Below are positions 9,487 to 23,578 of a stretch of DNA of 64,000 nt, one piece after another. The stretch's first letter is position 1; each line of letters opens with the position of its first letter. The notes under the pieces are model-generated. The model was not told the origin of the DNA. It saw only the letters and a list, made by a program, of their open reading frames with translations, and did no database searches. The DNA lies in the NCBI GenBank assembly GCA_964252035.1, contig OZ176200.1; one strand, given 5' to 3'. The position numbers were made by a program, and so were the translations under genes. This stretch comes from Podarcis erhardii. Lineage: Eukaryota.

Positions 9487-11309
9487 CCGGAGGTCCTTTC
9501 TTAACCTGAAACTGTTCTTAACCTGAGGTACCACTTTAGCTAATGGGGCTTCTTGCTGCCACCGTGTCACCGCCATGCAATTTCTGTTCTCATCCTGAGG
9601 TAAAGTTCTTAACCTGAGGTACTATTTCTGGGTTAGTGGAGTCTGAAACCTGAAGCGTCTGTAACCCGTGGTACCACTGTATCTATTTTTAAATAATGGC
9701 ATGTGGGGAGGGAGTATTTAACCCATCTCCCTGTAGTGTGATACAAGCAAACCTTCCTCACCATATGTAAAGGTGTGGCTGTAAAGATTCAGAAGCAGAC
9801 AAAGGAATGCTCCTCAGGTAGAGCTCACCTATAACTAGTGAAGGTAGGAGGACTCTCTCTCTAAAGCTCAAGAGTTTCTCCACCTTTGCTTCAGTTTCAC
9901 CTTTGTTGCAGTTCTCTGTAATAAAATTGTGGCCCTAGTTTAACCCAGTGACATGTACGTTGCTACTTATTCCACAACCTGCTCTGATGATTTAGAAATA
10001 TTTTAGAGTGTATCGAACCCACTGGAGAGAGCTGATCAGTTGGGAGATCACACTAGTATCTGCAGAATACACCAGAAGATGACACAGAGCCTTAGGATTG
10101 GGTGTTTAGACAAACTGCTTTCCTCTGGGATTTTGTGCATCAATGAGACAATTTCACTTTGGCAAGCAAAACTGAAGGCATATAAGCTATTTGCAGCTGA
10201 AACTCCAGTACTGACTGCTGCCAACAGCTGAACACTTTTTAACATGCTGTCACACTTTGCCATCTTCTAGTGAACATGTGTGCATCATCTTGATTATGAG
10301 AAGGCTTAGAATGTCTTGAGTTTGGATAAGGGGAATACTAACAGTAATGTTGTATATTAATAATTATAACCTATATCGGCTTAGTTACACCATAGCAAGC
10401 AATACAAAATCTATGCAGTTGTGTTGCTTTTTCCTATTATATTAAGGTTGCATGGCAAGGGGATGTTTAGAATGGCAGTATTTCTTTTGCTTTTATTGTC
10501 TGCCATCATTGGTCTTTCTTCTCTCCATGGGGTCTCCACAGTTTCTGGTAACTTTTCAAAGAAATGAATAAAAAACCCCACTAATCTTCTCCAAAAATGC
10601 AAACCATTTCTTTACGTGCATTGCTAAGCCCAAGAGTCAATGTATATTTTAATATCTATGAAATGTTCATGTCAGAAGCATGTTAAATTGAATAGGGAGG
10701 AGAGGTTTCATTTTGTTTTAAGCCCAGAAGCTTGGCCATGTTTGCTTCTGAGTGCAAAGTTAAAATGACAAAGCCACTAGGTTTGATTCTGCCTACATTT
10801 CCACTTGCTCAAAAAATAGTTTTATGCGGCAAAACTGGCTCCTTCCTTTGCAGCACACGCTTTGGGTTAAAGGTTGGGAAGATGCTATCCCTGCCTGTGA
10901 AATAAACTGCAAGGCTTTTACGCCGAGTCTTTTAAAAAGGAAGGCATGAATAAACTTAACAGTTTGTGCTTTGTGTAAACCCTGGGGTTAACCTTATAAA
11001 CCTGGGCTTCGCAAACTTTAAACAGTTTGGAAAGTTTCTCCATAAAATTATCTGCTTTTTGTCACGGTACAGAATGCTCTGGTATAACCATTTCTGCGGA
11101 AAGCAAACATTTTATGGGAAAGGCTTGAGCTTTTCCAGCCGAGCCAATTCAGTCTTCGAGGGCTAAACTAGGTATGACACACAGTTGTCTGTACTTTCCC
11201 TTATATGTTTTAAACAAACAAACAAATCACGAAACAGCTTCCAAAAGCCTGTGAGTTTGAGCAGAGGAATGATATCATTTCCCCTCCCTTGGACAATGTT
11301 TCTGCTCAA

Positions 11310-11325
11310 CAGCGCCCTCTGGGCA
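11310..11325 (-). promoter_or_regulatory. Weaker candidate CTCF site
   Basis: Minus strand TGCCCAGAGGGCGCTG matches the 3' part of the core consensus. Confidence 0.35.
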
Positions 11326-12719
11326 GAGGATGTGGATACTCTTGTCATTTTATTCACTGGTGTAGATACAGACCAGAGTGTTGACTCCAACAGTGATCTT
11401 AACACACTGCCTCCACCACCAGTTCCTCATGTGTCAAGATGTGGGTGGGAATCACACCTAATGATTCCTCCACATGGTGGTGGCCAGCAGTTTTGCCTAG
11501 CTAGCCAGTTCATTGGCTGCCCCTGCCTTTAGTTTAAAAAGAGGTTGACACCCCTGTTAAAAGAAAAGAAAGTTAGATGCTACTGTGTATCATGCCTAGC
11601 TCGAACCTGACATGATTCCCTCCAAATGACAGAATTTCCTTTAGTTGCATTCCCTTGCGGTTTTCCATTCCCTTGTGATTCCTTGAGCAGAATCAGACCT
11701 GGTCTTTAGATAAGGCCAGTACAGGCTTCTCCTTTTACTGTAATACCATTCAAGATGAGTCACATCGAGATTACCTCACATGCATTGTGCCTTCTCTTAA
11801 CACAGTAAACCTCATCAGATTTCCCCAGGGCAGGCCACATCATCCCCGTTTGCCTGTGCTGACCAATTTAATCCGTAAAACTGGCATTGCAACCTCCCAT
11901 TTAACCTGATTTCATTACATTTGGAAGTGCCTTCTGTTATATGTTGACAACATGTTTCAAAATGAGGATTGGCTGCTGTCAGACTTTGTCAAGAGCAATA
12001 TGGTCGGAATGATGTAGTTTGGAAATATTATGAATTCCCTTTTCAACCTTAACTGGATCATAGTTATTAATATTTTGTAGCCTTACATTAAATATAGCAT
12101 TTGCTTTTATCCAATAAAAAATAATTAAATTCAGAATCAGAAAACTGAGCTCTGGTCTGGCTGGTGGACTTCGCATGGGCGTCTTGTTGGCCACTGCAGG
12201 AACAGGATGTTAGACTATATATAGACCTTTGGTCTGATTCAGCAGAAATCCTTTGTTTCTGCGGGAGAATCTCAGTTTTCTACAGAAGGATAAATAAATA
12301 GATGTATGGAGAAGGGGAGAAAGAACCTTGAGTTCATTTTTATTAAAGAAGTATATAGAGAGTCTTACTGCAGAAACTAAAATTCACTCACCACAGTTTT
12401 GATATTGGGCATGGTGAGTTCATAAACAGAGTCTGGCGATTTTGCACTAAAGCAACCAAGTGGTAGTATTTGGGGTGCTGCAGAGTGCTAAAAACCATTA
12501 TGACCAGTGCTGCTTTCTAGAAATCCAGAAGCATGCATGTGCACATACACGCTCTATGCTTAAGAACTCTGGAATTAAGTGATCCTGACATTGTAATGCA
12601 GGTGTCAGAAGGTTGGCTCTCTGGCTCTGCCCCACTGAGTGCAGCATTGTTCACATAGTGCCCAGTTAAACTTTGGAATTCACGGCAACTAGATTTAGCA
12701 ATGGTTATCAAGTTTATCC

Positions 12720-12925
12720 ACCTTTAAAAGGGGATAACAGAAACTCATGGAGGACAAGGCCCCAGTGGTTTTATACGGCATGTCTTCAGATACCAGTCAG
12801 CAGAGAATAACACCAGGAAGGGGCTATTGTACTCATGACCTCCTTATGGACTTCCCATAGGCATTTGGTAGGTCACTGTAGGAAGTAGGATGCTGGACTC
12901 ATTGGATTGTAGCACTAAGCAGATT
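12720..12925 (+). mobile_element. Old CR1-type 3' UTR remnant
   Basis: AAACTCATGGAGGACAAGG...GGTCACTGTAGGAAGTAGGATGCTGGACT resembles squamate CR1 3' ends (recalled); similar tail pieces at ~12170-12250 and 27573-27596. Confidence 0.45.
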
Positions 12926-15900
12926 GTTCCATTAGCACAAGGATTTCTCCTTGCTCTATAGATTATTTTTCCCCTCCCCTACTTCTGTGCACCCACTGAA
13001 TCTATTTGGTGGGTTCCCTCAACCCTCCAGAGCAGATTTGGGGGTGGCATGAGGGGAGAGGGGAGAAGTCCTTTTGTGCTAGTTGTAATACTAGTATGCA
13101 TGAAACTGTTTTCTTGAATACTGCCCATTACCTTAGGGATGATCCAACAGGGCTTTTCTGATGTTCTTAAAATCCCTTGGGTCAGAATGTAACAGGTGAG
13201 CAAAGGATAATTAATGGGTGATGAACTCCTGTATTTAATGATCTGGAGTTAATTTTCTAAGAAAGTTAAAAAGAAGAAATGGAATAATGTTTCACACCCT
13301 GATGTCATCAACCCAGCTTGAAACTACTATCAAGTTCTGTATTGTCAAAATATTATGGAGTTTCCCCACTGCCTGTTTATTTATATAAGAAATGCTAATG
13401 ATTCTGGATGTTTAAATCACACATATTGATTATAAAACAACTTGTATTGTGAGATTACTGCTATCTCGCAGCATTTTGTTGTCCTGCTGCTGTTTCTTTG
13501 TTTAATGGAGGAGGAAATGCAAATACTAAATGTGCATTTGTCAGCTTCAGCTTTTTTTACTCATTTGTTGGAATAGCACACATATTGTATAAATATGTAT
13601 TTCATCACTAAGGTAAACTGTACTTTTCTACCCTACTGAAACTCTTTTTTATCTTTTTTCTTCCCTCCTAATTTTTCAGATGTTTCATATTCCCTAACAA
13701 CAACTTTAAACTTTGCCCCAAAATTCCAGTTAGACAAAAATGAGCATATATTCTTCATATTTTCTATATTTCCATATTTCTGCAATAAGAAACTCAAAAA
13801 TATATTCCTCCCATGCCATTACAGGTGAGGAGAAGAACTCTTACGTGGAAATGAACATCAGCATGTTTTTTACCCCACAATTTACCTCATTGTCTGATAC
13901 GCCGTGTTGTCTGATATTTGCAGCAGCCGCTCATTTTGCCACATTACTTGCTAACCAGAACCTGCAATTCCTTGAAGCTCTTCATAGCCTGATGCATTTT
14001 GAAATGGATTAGTGGAATTTACTGCAGTACAGATTTGAGCAGAAAGGAATCTGTGAGGAGCTGCTTTACACTCTACCCCGAAAGCTCTTGATCCCTTTGC
14101 ATTATACATGTACAGAAAATCCTGAAAGCAGTGTATCAACAATATCAGCAAGAGGTTTAGGAATGTTGCATGTACCAGTTATGTTTCAAAGACTAATCCC
14201 GAACAATCACAGACACATTTCCGTGTGAATATGCTTCATTTTGCTTCTGCAGAGAGGGAAATGTGAAAATGAGACCTGTGCTCTGCACTTGAATATACAT
14301 GGCAGAACAAATAGCAAGGAACACAGTCCTTTGAATAGTAATGCACATAGGTTGTGCTGGTAAAAGATAGTAAAAAATGTTTTAATAATGTACCTGTATA
14401 TATATAAAAAAACCACCCTGAAAATGTGTACAAGAGCGAGTTGTAGGCATTTCTAGAACTACTGTACACGGGAGGTGGTATGGCAGGGCAGAAGGAAACG
14501 GTGGGAATCACATCCTTCATTCCTAGGCATGTCTGGACCGAGGGATTTCTGTGAATGTAAGAGTTACCTTTGGATAGAAAGTATGCAGTGGCATAGCATG
14601 AGTTATTGGTGCCCGGGGCAGGCAAGCCACCAACACCGCTGGAGTGACCTCCCAGCAGAGCCATGCGGCTCCATGCTGCGCTGCCTGCCCGCCTGCATAG
14701 TTGTCACCCCACAAGTAAACCTTACTCTCACCTTCCTGCTGCTGCCGCCGCCATCTTGGATCCCGGCAAGGCGCCATAGCCAATGGAGCTTGTTTCTCCC
14801 TTGGTGCAATGGGCACATGGAGGAACAAGGCAAATGAACTGGTTGATTCATACATATATGAATCAGACTAATGTGTAGATCAGCATTGCATTACCTTCCA
14901 TTTGGTGGGACCATGGAGCTGCCCTTCTGACAGCAGTTTTGCTTTACCTGGATAGGGATGGGTGGTGTTAACTTGTTGTTAATGGTAGTGCCAGGAGCAC
15001 TACCATCAATCCAGAGGCAACCGTGAGGTCTGGTCTTCCTGCTGCTCCCCACCCAGCCTCATTCGGGTGAGCAGCAGCAGTAAAACTGGGCAGACTGTTC
15101 TGCAGTCCTGTACCACCATATATACCACTACTGTTTTGACACTTTTTTGTAGCTGAACTGTATTGTAAAAAGAGGTATGAAAACCAAAGGATAACTGTGT
15201 TTCAATCAGCGTGTTATTTTGGGATGTATAAATCAGACCAGTTAATTTAAAAGTGTGGTCTGAATGAAATCCTTGAGCATTCCTAAACCAAACTCTTTGT
15301 CTTTGAAGTTAAAGTACACTTGCTAGGCCCAGATGAAAGGACACCCTCTCATAGCAGGTAATTATTTTCTTCTATGAAATACAATGTTCTGTGATCAATG
15401 ATAATTCTTCACTGGGTGCCCAGAGCATTCCTTTGTTCATCGAAGAGAGTGGAGACATTCCTGCACGGACACAGGTGCACACCCCTGTTATGATCATTTG
15501 CTTTGAAGCTGATGAGTATCAAAACGCTGCTTTAATGAGACTGCCATTCAGTCACTTAGTTTATTGACACTGATAAAGCTAGAACTGGCTTCTAACCAAG
15601 TACTTCAACTTCATTGGGGTGTGGGTCAAACAAATACAATATCACAGTTTCCAGTAATGACGTGTTGAGATTGAGGTTGCAATCCCTGCTGGCTTGGGCT
15701 GGTCCATTAACCTCTGGTGTACCACAGGTTCCCCATCCCTAATACATCTGGGAGAAAGTTCAATTGAACTCAGTGGGGATTCCTTCTGAGTAAGCCTAGG
15801 AGTATGCTGCAAGACTGCAGTCCTTGCATGCTTTCCAAGAAGGAATCCCATGAAATTAAGGCCATTTTTGAATTACTTATGTAAATATATGTAAACTTAT

Positions 15901-18852
15901 GTAAATATGTAGACTGCTTAACTACGATCAGAAAAGGTAAAAAATTGGTTAAAACAATAAAAACCAGAAGTTAAAATGCCTGCTGGAATAAAAAAAAGTC
16001 GCTAGTCGGCTCTGGAAATTCAACAGGGAGGGTTGCTTGTTTGCCCTTAACTGGGAGTTCTACTTCTGAGAAAAGCATGTAAACTAGAGTTTACGCATAT
16101 CTCCCTTTTGTTCTGGTATATAGGTACTTATTTTTAAACTGACAAACCCTTTGTTAAATCAGAAACTATACAAATCAGAGCATCTTGACATCGCAATGTA
16201 TTACATTGTCATTTAATGTGCCACCAGTGGTGCTTTAGAGCATAAACGAAGAAAACAAGTCCCTATACCAAGAAGATTGAGCAGGTCTAGTCTAAGCCAT
16301 TTCCATAAGATGTTCTGGAGTTTAATTGAATGACCCACCTGCGCAGAAACAATGAGAAAGAAGTGAGGTACCACCTTGTTATCTTACCATTGCTTCAGAT
16401 CAGAGGTTTGGTAAAGCAGAGAGGTTTGCAGCTAATATTCTGCATACTTGGGCTCTCTGACAGCCTACCACTATATATGTGTGTGAAAGATGGTCCCCAT
16501 AGATTTCAATGGCTGCTTTGTTGTGTGTTCTTAGGATCACAAGCACAAACGAATAGCTGCTTCCTTTATCCCTGTATGATTCTTCTGGGACTCAGATGCA
16601 TGTGAAAGGCAACCCTTGCTTTTAAAAGGTAGAGATCTTGGCATCAAATGAATGCTGAAATCTCAAACGTATTTCTATTTCGTTTTGGAGAGAAAAAGTG
16701 CAGAACAACCGGAACCACCTTGATCCAGTGCAGGGGGTGGGGGTTCATTTTGAATGTATAAGCTTTATACTTGGATATTTAAAAAGAGCACCTCTGATGC
16801 CAAAGACAGGCTTCTGGTTTTATCTGAAGGGGGGGTGGGGAAGCCTGAAGAATTTAAGATCCTCTGGCTGTATCTTTCTGCTCCATAACCCACAGGTGTG
16901 TTCGAGGATTCTTAAAGTCCAAAGAATTTGCTGTGAGGAAAAAAAACCCCACCCTTCTCCTCCCATTTCTGTTTTCAAGTGTCTAAAAGAAGTATGATGC
17001 TTTGTACTGAAAGAATAAAACCTTCCTGACAGAAAATCAATTGAAACGTGCAGATTCTGGGCATGGATGGAGGCAGAGGTAGATTTCCAAATAAATTCCC
17101 CAGATTCTTGTCAAATTGAGTGGTAGAAGGAAAATATAAAGTTGTGGTGGCACTTGTAATTAAATATGGTGTCTTAAAGATCATAACTGCAATTTCTTCA
17201 TGATGAAAATCATTCTTATGTAATGTTGACTTATGTAATGTTTATTTATAATGGCCATAGATAGCACAACAGGCTTAATGCCATGAACTTCTCAGGTGCT
17301 AAGATGGGCAAAGGGGGCCTTCTTGGTAATTTCTCCACCCTCAGAGGTTTGGGATGTGGTGTGGTGATGTTTTGGAAGGAGTCATTCTCTGTGGCAGCTC
17401 CTAAGCTGTGGAACTTCTACCCTACAAAGGTGTGTCTGGCACCTGCTGTAATATACAGTTATACTGTAAACTCACACTTGTGTGTATTAAAAGGGTTAGC
17501 CTGAGCCCTGAGCTCATGTTGCTAGTGGGTGTGGCTTAGCTGGGCCTCAGAAGCTTTTACCTTTTTCTTTTCTCTCTTCCTGTTTCCTGGAACAAGCAAA
17601 TAAGGAACAATGCAACTTGGCTCCCAACTCAGCAAATGCTGCAAGTGAGCTCAATGTCTCCAAAAGGGAGATTTTACAGCCTGCATCTTTCTTAACCCAA
17701 AGATTGCATGATTCTTTTTTGAAACATATAAAAAAATTGTCCAGTAGCACCTTAGAGACCAACTAAGTTTGTTCTTGGTATAACCTTTCATGTGCATGCA
17801 CACTTCTTCAGATACACTTCTTTTTTGTAAGGGCACCAAGTTCTTTTCCTTTTTAAGTCATTTGGAACCTTTTTCATCCTCATTTTACTGCCAATGGATG
17901 GAGACTTTTTGCTGTAACTTCTGTAAACTGTGAGTAAAATCCTCACTTGTTTGCAAAGCTAAGTGTCTGTGATTTGTTCTAGCCTAAGGTTTTTTGTGGG
18001 GAAGTTTTGTTTAAAAGTTTTGTTTAAAAGTGGATGTGGGTGGATGCCAAAGAAGTTTAAATGTCCTTGGAGCAATTGCCATTGTGCTTAACTCTGCTAC
18101 TGGAGAGTAGGAATCTCTCTTCCAAACCTCTCTCTCCAACAGTGCATTCATAATTGAGCTTTCAGAGAATGCTGAAGATGCAGCTTTTTACCCCAGTTTT
18201 GACACCTGAGTTGCATGTTTTTAGGACTCAATTTATTTTTATGTTTGCAAGATTTTTCTTTTTTCTTTTAAAAAAGTGTTTTAATGCTGTAGCTTTCCCT
18301 CAATTTGCATCTAATATGCTATTTGAACTTACAACACTTGTGTCCAGCTTGGTTTTTGCTTCAATTTTTAAGTTGGCTCTTTTCTGTCCTTGACGGCAAT
18401 ATCCATTGGTCATGTTTAGATGTCTTGGCATGTCATAATGGATTGCCATTATTATGCACACCTGCAGAAATTTAATTCGGTTTAAATTCAGGACTTAGAA
18501 CAATCAGTATATGAGTGCACTGAAGACACAGGGCCCTTTTAAAATGGAAACTAAGTCATGGCAATTACTTCAAAATGTAAAATTCATTAGTCTTAATGAA
18601 GCAGAAGATAAAATTGCAAATCTCTTCTGAACAGATGGCCAGCAAGTCTGAATAGTTCTATATATCTGAAAGCAATTTTCTCTGGAGGATCATAGAACAG
18701 CATTTCAGAAATAACATTCAGAAGTAGACGTGTATGAATATGTGTTTATATGAAGCATAGAATATTCTCTTGTCCAGTGAAACACTCCGCCAAACCTACC
18801 TTAAGTTTGCTTCTTCTATAGCTCTTTACACACCAAAAGCAGAAGATAAGTA

Positions 18853-19094
18853 CAGTGGTACCTCGGGTTACATATGCTTCAGGTTACATATGCTTCAGGT
18901 TACAGACTCCACTAACCCAGAAATAGTACCTTGGGTTAAGAACTTTGCTTCAGGATGAGAACAGAAATCGTGCTCCAGTGGCATGGCAGCAGCAGGAGGC
19001 CCCATTAGCTAAAGTGGTGCTTCAGGTTAAGAACAGTTTCAGGTTAAGAACGGACCTCCGGAACGAATTAAGTACTTAACCCGAGGTACCACTG
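18853..19094. mobile_element. Tigger/pogo-like MITE, family A (opposite orientation to the 3310 copy)
   Basis: TA-CAGTGGTACCTCGGGTTA ... TAACCCGAGGTACCACTG-TA, with internal repeats of CTTCAGGTTA. Confidence 0.92.
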
Positions 19095-20859
19095 TAGAAG
19101 CTTCTCTGTCTTGCCTTCAGCTCCCAGCATGCAGGAACTGAGGGAGTATTTCTAGATTACCTAAGCAAATGGATGGTGCTCCCTACCTGCCTTCCTGTGC
19201 TGTGCAAGACAGGAAGTACATACTGTGCAATACACTTCCTGTCTTCCAGGTTATGGGGTTTGGCTAGATAATCCTCAGGGTACCTTCCAATTCTATAATG
19301 CTATGATTCTAAGATAAGCAGCAACTTACTTCAGGTAAGTAGCAACCATCAACTTGCTTGGGCAATTTGGCAACACACCGTAACTTGAAGTGCATTTTGG
19401 CATAAATTAAATTATAACCTTTCCAGCAGAATGTGTTTTGGATGGACAAATAGGGTGGGACATGGGAATGACATGTGTACAGCACCCCACGGAAGGTGCC
19501 TGAATCCAGTGCAGAGTGCACATAACCACACAGTTCATACATGCCCCAAAGCTCTCAGTGGCAGAAGTTGCAAACGGGGGACAGTGCAGAAGATTCTCAT
19601 AAGGACTGACAAATAGTCTGAAACCCAAATTGGGAAGCAGGGAGAGGAATAAGCAAATGAAAACCATGACCTTGATTTTCACAGGGTTTCAGCTCTAACT
19701 GAATAAATGCAAACACATGTAGTAACAAAACACTGAGATAGTCACCGAAAGGATGACTTGCCCAAAGGAAATGGGAAAAGTTCAGTGTCATTTGGGGTTC
19801 TCAGTTTCTTATGTGGGATTTTCCCAAAATAAAATAACATAAAGAGGGAGGGGGGGAAAGAATGCTGCCTCTTATCTTCACAATCAGTAAAAATGCACGT
19901 ATTGTGATGTTGTAATTAATTAGGCAAGAAATATGAATCACTTTTCTCTTTTGATGTGAAAAACTGTGCCAAATGCATGTCGACTTTAACCCTGGCAAGA
20001 TATAAATTTCAAAAGGAAGCAGAGAACTATTTCCTGTGGGAAACAAAGTTTCATTTAGAGAAGATGCACGGGTCTGGCCAAAGTATGATTTCAGGCCTGA
20101 CCTGGGTCTCTTCCCATCTCATTTAATGTTTAGTCTTCCCTTTAAAAACATAGAACAGTCTCCTATATAACATGCCTTTATTTTGCTTCTGGTAATAGCA
20201 AAAATACTAAAAACAAAACAAAACAACCTAACCTGAATATAAAATGAAAAGACAAATGCATGATGTCTCCCTGACTTTCTCAGGTTCGTCCTCAGGAAAT
20301 TGTTATTACTTTCGAAACAGCCGTAAATAAGGAGTGTAAAGCTTGAAGTAATAACTGTAATGGGAACTCAGAAGAAATACAGGCTCGGAAGAGTAATGCT
20401 TGTGACCCTCACTTGCCATTCATCTTAATGCATTATAATGCACAGTTTAAAAACTAGGTCAGGGCGTTTGGGCAGACACACACAAAGGTATCTTCAGAAT
20501 TCCAGGTGCTTATAAAATAGACTGGAGTGAATAGACACTTGTACCCACCTAATATACTGCAATACCAATCAGTATCGCCAAGCAAAACTATAAAATGCAA
20601 CTGATACAAACCTAAACAATGCAATCATGTGCATGTCTTCTAGAAGTAAATCCTACTGAGTACAATTGGACCCACTCCCAGTTAACTGTGCATAAAGTTT
20701 CAGCCTAAGGGATAACCCTTAATAAAATTCCCAGGATCCTTTGGGGGAAGCCATATGCTGTAATTGTATGGTGTGGATGTGTCCATAGTCTACTGAAGCA
20801 ACAAGGAGACCCGAGGTTTACCTCAGCTGGGAACTGTAGTTGACATATCTCACCATAGG

Positions 20860-21028
20860 ATAAGGTCCCAACCCCGTCCAATAAAATATTTGAGGGGGTC
20901 GACCGCCCCCCTGCAAAGTTGATGGGCATTGCCATTCAAATGGTGTGCATGTGCCATGCCATGTGTTGAATTATGTGGCACAGGGCTTATCTGTCCACCC
21001 CCCATATTTTATTCAAGTTGGCACCCCT
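20860..21028. mobile_element. hAT-like MITE remnant
   Basis: Ends ATTTTATTCAAGTTGGCACCCCTG (CAGGGGTGCCAAC-type TIR); the other end is missing. Confidence 0.4.
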
Positions 21029-22814
21029 GTATCCTACTCTCCATATTCTTCAGCAATATCCAAATTTATGGAATGGCTAGAGTTCCTCTAATCAAGCAGG
21101 CATACAGGCATACTCATTACATACTGTATATAAAAAATCTAGAGGGAGACTGAGTCTTCCTTTATGATGAACTCTGTTGAAATTCTGTTTGTCAATTTGC
21201 TGTTTGTTAATTTGGAGCCCAATGAAAACTTCTTAAAAACTGATCCAGTCCAAATGCAGACTGGTGGATTGAAATGTTGAGTCTTCCTACGTTACTGAAA
21301 AGGTAGCAAAATTCTTTCTACAAATTAGGAAGCAGGTGGTGAAGTAAGACCTTTTGGCTCTACTCAAACTCTTATTAGGTTAATTACTCTCTGTGTATCA
21401 ACTTCTATTTGCATGTGGCTGTAATAAATTCACCTGTTCATTAGACTGCATGATAATAAATCTCACCAAATAAAAAATGAGTCTGCATAAGTTTTGATTC
21501 TATTGCAGTCTGTGGTCCTAGATACTTGGGGATGTATTGTAAATCTTCTCAAGTGCCCTATAATCTGGACAGAAATGAAGGGATTCCTGAGGTTGTCTGC
21601 TAGTGTCAAGCATAAATGTGCTCAGTAGACAGTGGCAGAGCTACAATGAGAAAGGCCTTTGCTCAGTCCTATAAAGTGTTCATAGAGGCATGAGAGTGCA
21701 GGACGACTGTCCCACTGGCCAGATGAACTTGGCATTTTCACCGAGAGTAATTTAAATGGGACATTTTATAGGACTAAGGAATGAGACAGACTGCTGCACT
21801 ACAGCACCACCCAGCTTCGGGTAGTGGTAAAGCTTATTCTGTAATCGACATAAGGGAGATTAATTTTCTGCCTCCTATCTTAATGGTAAAGCCCTCAACA
21901 AAAATCCAACAAAAGTCTGGAAGAGTTGATGCCCTCCTTGAGGAAATCTCCCCCCAAAGTCGGCCCAAATAACCTTACAAAAGAGTACCAGGGTGGCAGG
22001 TGTGTGTGTGTGTACATTTTCAGCACAACACTAGTGTTTTCCAGTTGCCTATTTCCCCCCTCCCTTCCTGGATTGAGCAGGGGTTGGGTATGGTAGCTAT
22101 TCTGCTAGAACAACTGCATCTTATCTCCAGTCCCAAATGCAATATGATTGCTGTGTAGCCCCTTTAAATGGCTCCCCTGGATCCCCTTAATTTCTTCAGG
22201 TAAACACCATTTTGAATGGATACAATCTCCCCAAGTAGTAAAGCTCTGATACTGGTGGAATACTGCAAGCAGAAGCCCTCTAGGTGAAAGAGAATTGCTT
22301 GCTGCCAGGTGGCTGTTAAGTGTGATTTAAGTATCCCTTTGACAAAAAGAAGGAGAAAAAGATGTAAGCTGTCATAGCTTGAGGTCAGTCTGGGACTTCA
22401 ATGGCACAAGGATGCAGCTGGCACAGGTAGATTGATCTTGATAACTCCCCAGCCCCAATACCCACTCTGTTGTTATTTCTTGTTCTAAAAAGGTGACTAA
22501 GTGTCTGGGCCAAAACTTTCTCCCCTAGTTTTGCAGGGCCAGTCACCCCATTGCAAACTGGGAAGGCACAGTGAAAAGTACTCATACAGTTTTAAAGGGG
22601 GGGGGGGGCAGCTGCAGTTCCCTTATTTTAGTGTTCAGGATGGCTTGAACATGGTGGCTTGTCTTTAAACACTATGGAAGGGAAAGCACCATTCTCACTC
22701 TTATCAGAGAGTACAAAGTTCTCCTGCTGGCTTCCAGCTGGAAAGCACTTCCTGAAATGCCCCCGTGACCATGGGATGTTGGTTGCTCTTAAATCTTTCT
22801 AAAAGCCTTGCTTT

Positions 22815-23216
22815 TAAAGAAAGCTGATCACCGGAGAATTGATGTTTTTAATTGTGGTGTTGGAGGAGACTCTTAAGAGTCCCATGGACTGCAAGAAGAT
22901 CAAACCTATCCATTCTGAAGGAAATCAGCCCTGAGTGCTCACTGGAAGGACAGATCCTGAAGCTGAGGCTTCAATACTATGGCCACCTCATGAGAAGAGA
23001 AGACTCCCTGGAAAAGCCCCTGATGTTGGGAAAGATGGAGGGCACAAGGAGAAGGGGACGACAGAGGACGAGATGGTTGGACAGTGTTCTTGAAGCTACC
23101 AACATGAGTTTGACCAAAGTGCGGGAGGCAGTGGAAGACAGGAGGGCCTGGCATGCTCTGGTCCATGGGGTCACGAAGAGTCGGACACAACTAAACGACT
23201 AAACAACAACAACAAC
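22815..23216 (+). mobile_element. BovB (RTE clade) LINE, 5'-truncated 3' end
   Basis: Translation WCWRRLLRVPWTARRSNLSILKEISPECSLEGQILKLRLQYYGHLMRREDSLEK is the BovB ORF C-terminus; (CAA)n tail. Confidence 0.93.
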
Positions 23217-23449
23217 AGACTTGCAGTATGCTCCACATGCCAGCTTCTGGCCTGGAAGAACTTCCTGAAATGACATGTGGTCTAATTGCTGTCTCGGAAA
23301 GTGTGGCTGAGCTAGAAGAGAATTGTGCAACTGTGGTGCATTTAGTTCCCCAAGATTGTTTTATTTTGTTTCATAAAATGTATACACAGCTTGATTGTAA
23401 AGAACCTCAAAACAGTTTTTAAAGATCTCAACAGCACAGATTGGTAGCT

Positions 23450-23578
23450 ATACCCAACATGGTTTCCCCAGAGGCTATTGGATGACCTTCAACCCCAGCC
23501 ACCATGACCAATGATCGGGGATTGGGGTGTTGTAATCCAAACATTTAGAGGGCACCAGGTTGAAGAAGGATTCATCAT
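23450..23578. mobile_element. Degraded short palindromic hAT-like MITE
   Basis: CCCAACATGG...GGGCACCAGGTTG, similar to the 50333 and 45231 elements. Confidence 0.45.

Larger units (their letters stand above)
3310..9679. mobile_element. Tigger/pogo-like (Tc1/mariner superfamily) MITE split by the L1 (halves 3310-3358 and 9503-9679, 226 bp rejoined)
   Basis: TIRs CAGTGGTACC...GGTACCACTG, with TA on both sides (3308-09, 9680-81). The rejoined sequence matches intact copies at 32064 and 52034. Confidence 0.92.

Noticed and set aside
9153-9509. 118-aa antisense ORF across the L1 5'UTR (ORF0-like)
   Set aside because: It starts at TTG rather than ATG, lies in GC-rich DNA where stop-free frames are common, and ends in the flanking MITE. 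No recognisable domain.
9700-9976. LTR-like segment with CCTATAAC and AATAAA (9920)
   Set aside because: No matching TG...CA termini with a TSD could be defined.
15503-15560. CTGATGAGTATCAAAAC resembling a minimal hammerhead ribozyme core
   Set aside because: The GAAA is broken, stems I and III cannot be formed convincingly, and there is no Penelope context.
15875-18030. Short tandem duplications (TTATGTAAATAT near 15.9 kb, CTTATGTAATGTT near 17.2 kb, AAGTTTTGTTTAA near 18.0 kb)
   Set aside because: Two-copy slippage products, common in AT-rich DNA.
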